From assembly GCA_020845935.1 (NCBI GenBank), contig JADLEV010000046.1, positions 379 to 64,378 on the forward strand: DNA of 64,000 bases, in the 5' to 3' direction. The position numbers and the translations under genes are program-made. Under the pieces are notes generated by a model. That model did no database searches and was not told the DNA's origin. It saw nothing but the letters and a program-made list of their open reading frames with translations. The DNA comes from Gammaproteobacteria bacterium (lineage in GTDB: Bacteria > Pseudomonadota > Gammaproteobacteria > Ga0077536). This document shows positions 1-9,419 of the stretch, piece by piece (the first letter of the stretch is position 1; every line of letters begins with the position of its first letter).

Positions 1-507
1 GGCCGAGGAGAGTGTGCCCATCGTCGCAAGCAGATCCGCAGCACCCGTGTAGGCGACCACCGTCATGTCGGTGTCTAAACTGGAGGAGGCGTCTGGCCAG
101 CCGATCGCAACCTCAGTCAGCGCAACCGCCTGGTTAAACACGAACAGGATAAATTCATGCGCCCCGTCGTTATCGATCGCATGATTCGGCGAGTAGTCTT
201 CATTTGCCGCATTCGTCGAACTAGCCGCCGTTTTCGCTTTCACACCCAGGTCATAAGCCGAATACAACTGCAGCCCGTTGTTGTATCCGGATTGCTGCTC
301 CCACAAGGCACTGGACGTACCGTCAGAGCCGTCCGTGTTGGCCCAGGCGGAGAGTGAGGACACGGTCACTGAGCCGAGACTGGTGTTGGTGTAGTTACTG
401 TCGGCGGTGTTCCATGTGAAGGAAGTCGCTGCCCCTGCGGCGCTTGAAATCGCCGCCAAGGAGACCGCCAAGACGGACTTAACAATCGATGTTTTTTTCG
501 TTTCCAT
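1..507 (-). CDS. Secreted protein, N-terminal part (gene runs off the window start); possible exosortase/PEP-CTERM-associated surface protein
   Basis: Own minus-strand translation gives METKKTSIVKSVLAVSLAAISSAAGAA..., a typical signal peptide. The frame stays open to position 1. RBS-like GGTGA lies upstream of the ATG at 505-507. It sits downstream of the PrsT-like TPR gene and behind a sigma-54-like promoter. Not in the supplied ORF track because it lacks a stop. Confidence 0.5.
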   Translation of the reverse strand, partial: METKKTSIVKSVLAVSLAAISSAAGAATSFTWNTADSNYTNTSLGSVTVSSLSAWANTDGSDGTSSALWEQQSGYNNGLQLYSAYDLGVKAKTAASSTNAANEDYSPNHAIDNDGAHEFILFVFNQAVALTEVAIGWPDASSSLDTDMTVVAYTGAADLLATMGTLSSA

Positions 508-551
508 GATTTCACCACTCATACGTTAGGTTCGGATGCTGACGATAACAA

Positions 552-567
552 GGCAAGTATCGCGCCA
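552..567 (-). promoter_or_regulatory. Candidate sigma-54 (-24/-12) promoter TGGCGC-N5-TTGC
   Basis: The minus strand reads TGGCGCgatacTTGCC about 45 nt upstream of the ATG at 507. It matches consensus TGGCAC-N5-TTGCW with one mismatch. It is embedded in an AT-rich region (approx 480-660). Confidence 0.45.
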
Positions 568-642
568 TCTATAAATTATATTTTAATATTCAATTGGTTA
601 TATACATCTACTGCAAAACCATTCGGCCTATTCAGGGTGATC

Positions 643-660
643 TGTAAAGTCGCTTGACAA
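643..660. promoter_or_regulatory. Repeated 18-nt motif TGTAAAGTCgcTTGACAA (copy 1), imperfect dyad; candidate activator or operator site
   Basis: Seen directly. A near-identical copy (16/18) occurs at 937-954. Half-sites TGTAAAG and CTTGACA are near-inverted. It lies about 80 bp upstream of the -24/-12 element. Confidence 0.4.
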
Positions 661-936
661 CATGGTCCCGAATGACCGGATTATTGTCCTGCACCTGAGG
701 GTCCGTCGACTCCGGGAGCCCATTCGGTCGTGCCCACCCACTTTCTCCACAGCGAAATCGCCCGCCACGGCGTCACCAAGGCAAAGACACTAACTTGAGA
801 GTACCGCTGTCATGCAGATCCTGGGGCGGATTTGAATCGTGAGTTGCGCAGAGATTGCTGAGGCACCTCAATCCCGCCCCGTACCCTTGAATTCAACCCG
901 TATGTATGGCTGACCCAACGTCCCTTTCTGCAAATT

Positions 937-954
937 TGTAAAGTCCTTTGACAA
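937..954. promoter_or_regulatory. Repeated 18-nt motif TGTAAAGTCctTTGACAA (copy 2)
   Basis: Second copy of the same motif, just downstream of the TPR gene stop (969). Confidence 0.4.
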
Positions 955-968
955 TCGGCGCAATCAGG

Positions 969-3827
969 TCAGCCGCCCAATTCTTCGCTCAGCCGTAAGG
1001 CATCGCCCCTGCCGTCGAAATCCTGCCCAGTTTCGAGTGCCGCTGCGAGTTCCGTGCGGGCCTCTGCACCACGGCCTTGCTTGTGCAGGGCGACCGCCAG
1101 GTGATACCGAATCTCCGGAATGGTCGCGGCGCGCGTCCGCGCTTCCCGCAAATAGCGCAGACCTTGCTCTCCTTCGCCGCGGTTCACCAGGATCCACCCG
1201 AGCGTATCGTTGACATAGGGATTGTCCGGGACGGCAGCGTAAGCTTTCTGGGCGAGCGCCAGCGCGCCATCCGGGCTTTCCAGCTTCAACAACACGTTGG
1301 CGAGATTGTTCATTGTCGGTACGTGATCCGGCTGCAATTTCAGGAATTCCTCGAACCGGGCCTTGGCGACTTGATAGCGTCCGACATGCATCGCGTGTTC
1401 ACCGAGCGCACCTTTTATCCAGGCGGCCTGCGGATATCTCTTTTGCCATTCCTCCAGCAATCCGGCGGCGGCATCATTCTCGCCCGCCGCGCGCAATGCC
1501 AAATGCCGTTTCAGCGCCAGGTCGGGCACATCCTGTTTCGCCACGGCCATCGCCTTCGCGAAATGTTGCACGCCATTGGCTGGCTGACCGCGCGCGATTT
1601 CCACGTCACCCAGCAGTGCGTGGCCGGCGAATTGGTCTGGGAAATCACGCGCCAGACCTGCCGCAAGTTCACCGGCTGCATCGAGGTGCGCCAGGTTGAG
1701 CTCCACTTCAGCCAACCCGAGTCGGGCCGCGAAACTGTCGGGCTGGCTTTGCACTGCCTTGAACAAGGTATATTGCGCATCGCTCAGCAGATTGCCACGC
1801 CGTTGCAGCGCCGCGATGCGTAACAGCCAGTCGATGTCGGACTGTGCCTGATCGGCCATGCGCTTCAACAGGGGGCGCATCTCACCGAACTTGCCTTCAG
1901 CGCCCAGGATGTTGACCTCCGCTTCCATGACATACAGGTTGTTCGGATGGAGCTTGTCCTGATTCCATGCCAGGTCGTGCGCACTCTTGGAATCCTTGTT
2001 CGCGACGTGCTGCTCGATAAGAAAAAGCGCGATTTCAAAGGATTCCGGCGCCACCTCCGCCGCACCGCGACCCAGCTTCAACGCATTCTTGAGATCACCC
2101 TTGGCGGCAAAGGTCCGGGCGAGTTCCAGCAGCAGTTGCGCATCGTTCGGCTTCTTGCCGAGCAATCGATTGAAGCGGCGCTCAGCGGCATCGAATTGAC
2201 CTTCGCGTCGATCGAGCTTGCCGAGATTGAGCTCCGCCGGCTGATAGGCGGGATCGCGTGCCAACGCCCTGTCGAACAACGCGCGCGCCTCACGAAGCTT
2301 GCCGAGACCGATGTTGGCGACCCCCAGCAGGTTCATGTAGGTCAGGTTGTCCGGGTCGTCCTGGAGAAGTTTTCCGGCAACGTCCGCGGCGGCGGCATAG
2401 TCGCCGCGGTTCATCTGCATGATCGCCAGAGGCAGCCCGGCAATCTTCTGATACTCGTCGTGCGAAAAGATCCTGGCCAGGTCGCCAAGCGCGGTATCCA
2501 TCTGTCCACGCTTGGCGCGGGAAATCGCCAGGTCGGTCGCCAGCCTCGGATCGTTCGGACGCAACGTGGCGGCGCGCTCCAATGCGGCCGTCGCCCGCGG
2601 GTGTTCCTCCGCGCCGGTATATGCTCGCGCCAGGATCACAAGCAATTCTGGCGATTCTCCAGCGAGGTCAATCACTTCCTCGATGAGCTTGGCAGCGCGT
2701 CGGTGATCGCCCTGGCGCATCAGCACGGTCGCCAGCATCTTTCTCGTCTCGATTTCGTCACCTGCCGACTTGATGTATTCCTCCAGGTAAAGCTTGGCCG
2801 CTTCCCGGTTGTCGAGCGTGTAATTGATTACGCCCGCGATCAACAGCAACTGCGTATTGCGCAACACGATTGGCCGGCCCATCGCCTCCAGAATGTTGGC
2901 CGCTTCGTTCAACGCGGCACGCGCACCGTGCTCATCGCCGGCGCGGGCCAGTTTCGTCGCGCGTAAATAGGTCAAGCGCGGATCGCTGCCGCCCTTTTCG
3001 GCGAGATATTGCATGTCCTCGTCGGTTTCCTGGTCGCGCCCAAGATCGAGCAGCAATCCGAGCCGCGCGAGTCGCGCGTCGCGGTTCGACGGATCCAGCT
3101 TGATAACCTCGGCGTAATCGGCCAGCGCCTGATCTCTGTTGTCGCGAACATGATTCAGCGAAGCCCTGGTCAACCAGACCGTCGGATTGTTGGGTGCCGT
3201 GCGCGTCGCCCGCTCGAGATATCGTTCCGCTTCATCCAGCCGTCCATCTCGCATCGCAACGGTTGCCTTGATCGACAACGCCGCGATGGCGTTCGGATCG
3301 ATCCGGTCGATCTCGTCGAGGATCTGACGCAGCGTTTGTTTGTCGTTGATTTGCAGCGCGGCTTGCGCCTTGACCTCCAGCCATTCCGCGCGCTTCATCA
3401 GGGGCAGCCGAGCCGGCAGTGCCTGGGCGACGAGTTGGTCCTGCTTGAATTGCAGCAGGTATGCCTTGGCGAGCGGTACCGCGGTCAAGGCGACGTCGGC
3501 ACCGGACTGCGCCGCCTCGTTCAGCGCGGTTTCCGCCGCTGCGCCGTTACCCAGTTCGAGGTAGGCCTCGCCCATCAGCACCATCGCGGGCAGCATCCGC
3601 GGGTCCTGTTGCAATGCGTTTTTCAGTTGAATGATGGCGCCATCGAAATCCCTGGTTGCCATGCGCGATACCGCATCCTCGTAGTAGCTACTGGCGCGGG
3701 CGCTTTCCGACTTGGGAGGATCGGCAGCGCGGACTTCGCCACCCGCCGTGACAAGGCCAAAGGCGAACAGCGTACTGAGGAGCAGCGCGCGCGCGCGACG
3801 AATCCTGGACAGCAAACGATGGATCAT
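969..3827 (-). CDS. Large TPR-repeat protein with signal peptide; resembles PEP-CTERM system TPR-repeat protein PrsT
   Basis: 952-aa ORF. N-terminal signal peptide MIHRLLSRIRRARALLLSTLFAFGLVTAGGEVRAA, followed by more than 20 recognisable TPR units (repeated AxxxxxALxxxP / YxxLGxxY patterns). Size and architecture fit the PrsT family. Confidence 0.7.
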   Translation of the reverse strand: MIHRLLSRIRRARALLLSTLFAFGLVTAGGEVRAADPPKSESARASSYYEDAVSRMATRDFDGAIIQLKNALQQDPRMLPAMVLMGEAYLELGNGAAAETALNEAAQSGADVALTAVPLAKAYLLQFKQDQLVAQALPARLPLMKRAEWLEVKAQAALQINDKQTLRQILDEIDRIDPNAIAALSIKATVAMRDGRLDEAERYLERATRTAPNNPTVWLTRASLNHVRDNRDQALADYAEVIKLDPSNRDARLARLGLLLDLGRDQETDEDMQYLAEKGGSDPRLTYLRATKLARAGDEHGARAALNEAANILEAMGRPIVLRNTQLLLIAGVINYTLDNREAAKLYLEEYIKSAGDEIETRKMLATVLMRQGDHRRAAKLIEEVIDLAGESPELLVILARAYTGAEEHPRATAALERAATLRPNDPRLATDLAISRAKRGQMDTALGDLARIFSHDEYQKIAGLPLAIMQMNRGDYAAAADVAGKLLQDDPDNLTYMNLLGVANIGLGKLREARALFDRALARDPAYQPAELNLGKLDRREGQFDAAERRFNRLLGKKPNDAQLLLELARTFAAKGDLKNALKLGRGAAEVAPESFEIALFLIEQHVANKDSKSAHDLAWNQDKLHPNNLYVMEAEVNILGAEGKFGEMRPLLKRMADQAQSDIDWLLRIAALQRRGNLLSDAQYTLFKAVQSQPDSFAARLGLAEVELNLAHLDAAGELAAGLARDFPDQFAGHALLGDVEIARGQPANGVQHFAKAMAVAKQDVPDLALKRHLALRAAGENDAAAGLLEEWQKRYPQAAWIKGALGEHAMHVGRYQVAKARFEEFLKLQPDHVPTMNNLANVLLKLESPDGALALAQKAYAAVPDNPYVNDTLGWILVNRGEGEQGLRYLREARTRAATIPEIRYHLAVALHKQGRGAEARTELAAALETGQDFDGRGDALRLSEELGG

Positions 3828-4035
3828 GACGATTCGGACTCCGATTTATCAGCGCTACGATGCTACCAATCGCCTGCCCATCGCCACCCTTTTGACAAAA
3901 ATTCATCTGCGCCGGCTCCGCCGAGCGGGCAATGACCAACCCGGCGCCCCTAGCTGCCCGGAAGCCGCCGGGCTGCTACGATGCCTGTTCCGTGTTCGCG
4001 CGGTATCGATTTCACCCAACCGACAGGCGACCGTC

Positions 4036-5547
4036 ATGGCCGAGGAAATCCTGATCAACGTTACGCCCCAGGAGACTCGCGTCGCCTACGTCGAGAATGG
4101 CGCGCTCCAGGAAATCGCCATCGAGCGCAGCAACCGACTCGGTCTCGTCGGCAATATCTACCTCGGCCGGGTCAGTCGGGTCCTGCCGGGCATGGGCGCG
4201 GCCTTTCTCGATGTCGGTCTTGATCGCACCGCGTTCCTGCATGCCAGCGACATCGTCGGCGTGCCGGCAATCGGCAACGGCACCGGTCCGGCATCGATCG
4301 ACCACCTGCTGCGCGCCGGACAGGACCTGCTGGTGCAGGTCAACAAGGAGCCCCTGGGAACCAAGGGCGCGCGGCTGACGACGCAGGTCAGCATCGCCTC
4401 GCGCTATCTGGTGTTCCTGCCGAACGTGCCGACGCTGGGTGTATCGCAGCGCATCGACAGCGAGGGAGAGCGCCAGCGCCTGCGCCAGATCGTGCAGCAA
4501 CATGCGCCGCATCTCGGTCCGGCCGAGGAACTCGACCAGGGCACCGACCCGATGCAACCAGCGCCGCCATCGCACGGTTACATCATCCGCACCGCGGCGG
4601 ACGGCGCCGACGAGACCGACCTGCGGGCGGACATGCTGTTCCTGCAGCGTCTGTGGTCCTCGATTCTCGAGCGCCGGCAGCACGCTGCCGCGCCGGCAAT
4701 CCTGTACGAGGACCTGCCGCTGGTGTTGCGTACCATTCGCGACAGCTCGACCAGCGCCGTGGAGAAGATCCGCGTCGATTCCCAGGAGACCTGCGCCCGG
4801 GTCAACCAGTTTGCCGGGGAGTTCTGCCCGGCCTTGCTGCCGAAGATCGAGCATTACCAAGGGGCCCGGCCGATCTTCGAGCTCTATGGGATCGAGGACG
4901 AGATTCAACGCGCGCTGCAACGGCGCGTTGAGCTCAAGTCCGGTGGCCATGTCGTGATCGATCAGACCGAAGCGATGACCACGGTGGACGTCAATACCGG
5001 CGGTTTCGTCGGCCACCGCAACCTGGAGGAGACGATTTTCAAGACCAATCTGGAGGCGGCCCAAGCGATCGCGCGGCAACTGCGGCTGCGCAATCTCGGC
5101 GGCATCATCATCGTCGATTTCATCGACATGCAGAATCCGGAGCACTGTCGGCAGGTGCTGCGCGCGCTGGAGAAACATCTCGAACGGGATCACTCGAAGA
5201 CCCTCATCAGCGACATGTCGGCGCTCGGTCTGGTGCAGATCACGCGCAAGCGCACCCGCGAGAGTCTTGAACACGTGCTGTGCGAGCCCTGCCCCGCCTG
5301 TCGCGGCCGCGGCACGATCAAGACTGCGGAAACGGTGTGCTTCGAGGTGTTCCGCGAAATCCTGCGCGAGGCACGCCAGTACGACGCCAAGCAGTTGCTG
5401 GTGGTCGCCGCGCCGGTGGTCGCCAACATGTTGCTGGAGGAGGAATCGTCCAGCGTCGCCGAACTGGAAGCCTTCATCGGTATTCCAATCCGGGTGCAGA
5501 CGGAAGTCAGTTATACCCAGGAGCAATATGACGTTGTCCTGGTCTAG
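4036..5547 (+). CDS. rng: Ribonuclease G (RNase E/G family)
   Basis: MAEEILINVTPQETRVAYVENGALQEIAIERSNRLGLVGNIYLGRVSRVLPGMGAAFLDVG is the canonical S1/RNase G N-terminus. ATG at 4036 inside the longer ORF 3712..5547. Followed by yhdP as in E. coli. Confidence 0.85.
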   Translation: MAEEILINVTPQETRVAYVENGALQEIAIERSNRLGLVGNIYLGRVSRVLPGMGAAFLDVGLDRTAFLHASDIVGVPAIGNGTGPASIDHLLRAGQDLLVQVNKEPLGTKGARLTTQVSIASRYLVFLPNVPTLGVSQRIDSEGERQRLRQIVQQHAPHLGPAEELDQGTDPMQPAPPSHGYIIRTAADGADETDLRADMLFLQRLWSSILERRQHAAAPAILYEDLPLVLRTIRDSSTSAVEKIRVDSQETCARVNQFAGEFCPALLPKIEHYQGARPIFELYGIEDEIQRALQRRVELKSGGHVVIDQTEAMTTVDVNTGGFVGHRNLEETIFKTNLEAAQAIARQLRLRNLGGIIIVDFIDMQNPEHCRQVLRALEKHLERDHSKTLISDMSALGLVQITRKRTRESLEHVLCEPCPACRGRGTIKTAETVCFEVFREILREARQYDAKQLLVVAAPVVANMLLEEESSSVAELEAFIGIPIRVQTEVSYTQEQYDVVLV

Positions 5548-5570
5548 CGAACGGCTGACGGTGATGCGGA

Positions 5571-8500
5571 ATGCGGCTTGACCGACTGTTGCGCCTCGCC
5601 GCTCTGGCCAGTGCCGCGCTGCTCGTCGCCGCGGCGATCCTGGTGACCGCGGCACGTGTGCTGCTGCCGCGGCTGGACGACCATCCGGAGGCCATCAGTC
5701 TTTGGGCGAGCCGGATTGCCGGCGTGCCATTGACGATCGAGAAGGTATCGGCGAGCTGGCGCGGTGCGCTGCCCCGGATCGAGTTATCCGGGATAGACAT
5801 CCACTATGCCGAAGACGCCACGCCGGTCCGGCTGGAACATGCCGGCATCCAGATCCGACCCCTGGCCTCGCTGCTGCGGCTGCAGCCGGTCCCCGCGACG
5901 CTGCTGCTCGAGGGCATCCGTCTCACCGTCGAGCGCCTCGAAGATGGCCGCTTGCACGTCACCGGGGCGGCGCTGGAAGAAACCGACCGCGATGGGGCCG
6001 GGGCGGCATTCGCGCGCTGGCTGCTGGCCCGCGACGATGTCCGCATCCAGGCGGCACGGATCACCTGGATCGATCGCCAGCGCGGCGCGACGCCACTGCT
6101 GCTGCGCGATGCCGACCTGCGGCTGCGCAACGAGGGTGGCAGGCACGCCGTGCGGATCTATTTGCGCCCCGCCAGCGCCCCCGGTGCCGAAGCGCAACTG
6201 CTGGCGAAGATCGAGGGCGATCCTCTGTCCGAGCAATGGCACGGCTGGATGCGATTGACCGGCGCCAGCCTGCCCCTGGCGGAAATCGCCCGCAGCCTTG
6301 GCCTCGAAGACGTTCGCGCCGCCGGTGCCGTGACCCTGGCCATCGACAGCTTCTGGCGGGCCGGCGCGCTGCAACAGGCGCACGGCAAGGTGAGTGGCCA
6401 GGAGTTGCAGTTCGGCACGCTGAATCTCACGACCGCACAGGGCACGCTGGCGCTGGCACGCGATGACTCCGGTCGGACCAGTATCGCGTTGCGCGATCTG
6501 ACCTGGTATCGAGACGGCCAACGCTTGCCGCCCGCGGCGATTGATTTGGCCTGGCAACAGGACGGCCCTTCGTTGCGCCATCTGCTCGGCAAAATCGATC
6601 TGCTGCCGCTGCGTGAACTGTCGGAGATGCTGGAGCCGGCGCGGTTGCCGCCCAACGCGCGCACCCTGCTCGCGGGAGGGAGCGCCGGCGGCGAGATCCG
6701 TGATCTCGAGTTTGGCTATTTCCCGGCTGCGGCAGGCGCCGCCGACTACTATGTCAGCGGCCGCTTCCATGATCTGGCGCTGCCAGGCGATGGCGCTCGC
6801 TTCCCGCGCGTCAGCGGTCTCGCCGGCACCTTTACGTTGCGGCGCGATGGAGGTGAACTGCAATTGCGTTCCGCCGCTGCGCGCTTGCACGCCAGCGGCG
6901 CTTTGCTCGCCGACATGCCGCTCACCGGAATCGATGCCGCCGTGCGCTGGCGCCGCGATGCCGACACCTGGGTGATCATGCTGCCGCTGCTGCACGTCGC
7001 TGCCGCCGGCCTGCCCGTCACTGGCGAAGGCATGCTGCGCCTTGGCGATGGTGCGCCGCACCTCGATCTCCGCGCGACGCTCGGTGCCGGCGACCTTTCG
7101 GTCCTGCCACGGCTGCTGCCAACCCGACTGTTGTCGGAACGGACCGAGCACTGGATCCGACGGGCGCTCGCCAGCGGTCGGATCACTGCTGGCAACATCA
7201 TCTGGCGCGGACCAGTCGCTCGTCAGGCGCTGGACGACCCGGCGGCCCACGTCGAGGCCCGGCTGGCGGCGGCCGATCTGACGCTGGATTTCTCGCCCCG
7301 CTGGCCGCCGCTGGAACGCAGTGCCGTGGAGGTGGCCATCGAGGGCAGACGGCTGGCGGCGAGCATTTCGACCGGACGCCTTCTCGGCGGCGAGATTCGG
7401 CAGGCGGCAATAGAAATCGCGGACTTGCTGGCAGCGGAACGTCTGCTGACGATCCAGGGGCAGGCGCAGGGCACTGCCGCCGCCGCGCTGAACATCATTC
7501 GTGCCAGTCCGCTGCGCGACGGCGCCCTCGCCCGACTCGAGGAACTGGAGCCCGCCGGCACAGTCGGGCTCGATCTCACGCTGGCGATTCCGCTGCACCC
7601 CGGCTCGCGCAGCGAGCTGCACGGTACCGCGCACCTCAGCGACATCCGGCTGCGGGTGCCCTCATCCAGAATAGCGTTAGCGGCGTTGCACGGGGCGATC
7701 GCGTTCACCCGGGACGAATGGCACGGTGAACAGCTCGCCGCGAGCTACGACGGCTTGCCGGTATCGTTGTCCGGCCGCAGCGAGCGCGACGATCCGAAGT
7801 TCTCGATGCGCGTCACGATGCGGGGAACCGGCGATGGGGACTTCCTCCGCAGCCAGCTCGCGCGGCACCTCGACCCGGTCTACCGGCGGCTGGCGCGCAC
7901 GGATCGGCTGGGCGCACTGCATGGCGAGACCACCTGGCAGGCCCGGCTGCTGGTGCCACGAAGAAATGCCACCGGCCCGCTGGGCCCCACCGAGGTGCAG
8001 ATCGAATCCGACCTGGCGGGACTCGCGATCGACCTGCCGCACCCCCTGGCCAAGGACGCAGCGATCAGCCGGCCCCTATCGCTGCGGATTCGCCTGCCGG
8101 GCAGTGATGGTCCGCGGCATGTCCAGGTTCGCTACGGCAGCGATGTCTGGGCTGAATTCGAAGCACGCGACGGCGATCCACCGGACGGCGGCCTGCGACG
8201 CGCCGCCATCCTGCTTGGCCCGGGCGAAGCACCGTTCCCGGATCGCCCGGCCGTGCTGATCCGCGGCCGCACCGAACGGTTATCGCTGGATGACTGGTGG
8301 GCGCTGCTCAGTGGCAACGGTACCGCAACGACCACCGCCACGGGACGACTGCCGGTGGATCTGGACCTCGTCGCTGGGGAAGCGACGCTGATAGGCCAGC
8401 GCTTTGGCAATCTTCACCTCGAAGGTGGCGGCACCGCCGGTGGTTGGCAAATCGAGGTTGCCAGTCCGGATTTGTCCGGGCGGTTCGCGATGACGGGTGA

Positions 8501-9419
8501 CCCCGGCGTGCTGTCGGCGGCATTGCGGCATCTGCGCGTCGTGCCACGCGAATTGCGGCAGCGATCGGCGATCGATCCCCGGCGGCTACCGGAGTTCGCG
8601 GTCACCTGCGATGACTTCAGATTCGGGGACATCAAACTCGGCGCGGCGAAATTCAGCGCGCATCCAGACGCGAACGGGCTGGTGGTCGACAGCCTGCAAT
8701 TGCAGGCGGCGGTGTTTGCCGCAAGCGCCTCCGGCCGCTGGTCGTTCGACGAACATGGCCATCGTTCCGAGGTCAGCGTCACGCTGACCGGCGATGACCT
8801 GTCCGGTCTGCTCGGCGCTTTTGGCTACCAGACCGGTGCCATCGAGGGGGGTGCCACGCGTTTCGAGCTCGCCGCCACCTGGCGCGGATCACCGGCGCAG
8901 TTCGCGCTGGCGGAACTCGACGGCGCGCTGCGTCTTGCGGTGGACCGCGGCCGTCTGCTCGATCTGGAACCGGGCGGCGGCCGCCTGTTCGGCCTGCTCA
9001 GCATCAACAATCTCGGCCGGCGCCTGCTGCTCGATTTCGGCGATCTGTTCGGCAAGGGCTATTCATTCAATGCCATGAGCGGCTCGTTCCGCCTCGAAAG
9101 CGGGCATGCCTATACCAGCGACTTCACCGTACTCGGACCGAGCGCGCGGATTGACATCGCTGGCCGAATCGGTCTGGTCGCCAGCGATTACGACCAGCGC
9201 ATCACGGTCACGCCGGAAGTCTCCGGTACCTTGCCGCTGGCCGGCGCGTTGTTCGGCCCGGCCGGGATCGGTGTCGGCGCCGCGGTCTATCTCGGGGAAA
9301 AGATCTTTCGCTCGATCCCGGAGACTTTCGACAGCCTGCTCAAGCGCGAATACGCGCTGACCGGCAGCTGGCAGGAGCCGGTACTGGAGCGCATCCAGTA
9401 CGCTCAGTCGGACAGGTGA
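5571..9419 (+). CDS. yhdP: YhdP family (AsmA-like) inner-membrane-anchored envelope lipid transport protein
   Basis: 1282 aa, a single N-terminal TM helix, then a long soluble beta-rich body. Positioned immediately downstream of rng, the conserved rng-yhdP arrangement. Confidence 0.75.
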   Translation: MRLDRLLRLAALASAALLVAAAILVTAARVLLPRLDDHPEAISLWASRIAGVPLTIEKVSASWRGALPRIELSGIDIHYAEDATPVRLEHAGIQIRPLASLLRLQPVPATLLLEGIRLTVERLEDGRLHVTGAALEETDRDGAGAAFARWLLARDDVRIQAARITWIDRQRGATPLLLRDADLRLRNEGGRHAVRIYLRPASAPGAEAQLLAKIEGDPLSEQWHGWMRLTGASLPLAEIARSLGLEDVRAAGAVTLAIDSFWRAGALQQAHGKVSGQELQFGTLNLTTAQGTLALARDDSGRTSIALRDLTWYRDGQRLPPAAIDLAWQQDGPSLRHLLGKIDLLPLRELSEMLEPARLPPNARTLLAGGSAGGEIRDLEFGYFPAAAGAADYYVSGRFHDLALPGDGARFPRVSGLAGTFTLRRDGGELQLRSAAARLHASGALLADMPLTGIDAAVRWRRDADTWVIMLPLLHVAAAGLPVTGEGMLRLGDGAPHLDLRATLGAGDLSVLPRLLPTRLLSERTEHWIRRALASGRITAGNIIWRGPVARQALDDPAAHVEARLAAADLTLDFSPRWPPLERSAVEVAIEGRRLAASISTGRLLGGEIRQAAIEIADLLAAERLLTIQGQAQGTAAAALNIIRASPLRDGALARLEELEPAGTVGLDLTLAIPLHPGSRSELHGTAHLSDIRLRVPSSRIALAALHGAIAFTRDEWHGEQLAASYDGLPVSLSGRSERDDPKFSMRVTMRGTGDGDFLRSQLARHLDPVYRRLARTDRLGALHGETTWQARLLVPRRNATGPLGPTEVQIESDLAGLAIDLPHPLAKDAAISRPLSLRIRLPGSDGPRHVQVRYGSDVWAEFEARDGDPPDGGLRRAAILLGPGEAPFPDRPAVLIRGRTERLSLDDWWALLSGNGTATTTATGRLPVDLDLVAGEATLIGQRFGNLHLEGGGTAGGWQIEVASPDLSGRFAMTGDPGVLSAALRHLRVVPRELRQRSAIDPRRLPEFAVTCDDFRFGDIKLGAAKFSAHPDANGLVVDSLQLQAAVFAASASGRWSFDEHGHRSEVSVTLTGDDLSGLLGAFGYQTGAIEGGATRFELAATWRGSPAQFALAELDGALRLAVDRGRLLDLEPGGGRLFGLLSINNLGRRLLLDFGDLFGKGYSFNAMSGSFRLESGHAYTSDFTVLGPSARIDIAGRIGLVASDYDQRITVTPEVSGTLPLAGALFGPAGIGVGAAVYLGEKIFRSIPETFDSLLKREYALTGSWQEPVLERIQYAQSDR

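Noticed and set aside
643-660. TTGACA within the 18-mer considered as a plus-strand -35 box for a gene in 660-968.
   Set aside because: No plus-strand ORF or suitable -10 box at 17 +/- 1 bp downstream. The motif is better explained as a regulator site for the minus-strand gene.
1077-1823. 248-aa plus-strand ORF and others nested in the TPR gene.
   Set aside because: Antisense to a well-supported TPR coding frame.
5784-7634. 616-aa minus-strand ORF inside yhdP. Other long antisense ORFs of the same kind: 16622..18313, 18338..20215, 32099..34075, 38061..39722, 42884..44977, 48209..50308.
   Set aside because: High-GC genomes yield long stop-free antisense frames. The products are Arg/Ala/Gly-rich low-complexity. 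The sense strand carries genes with clear family signatures.
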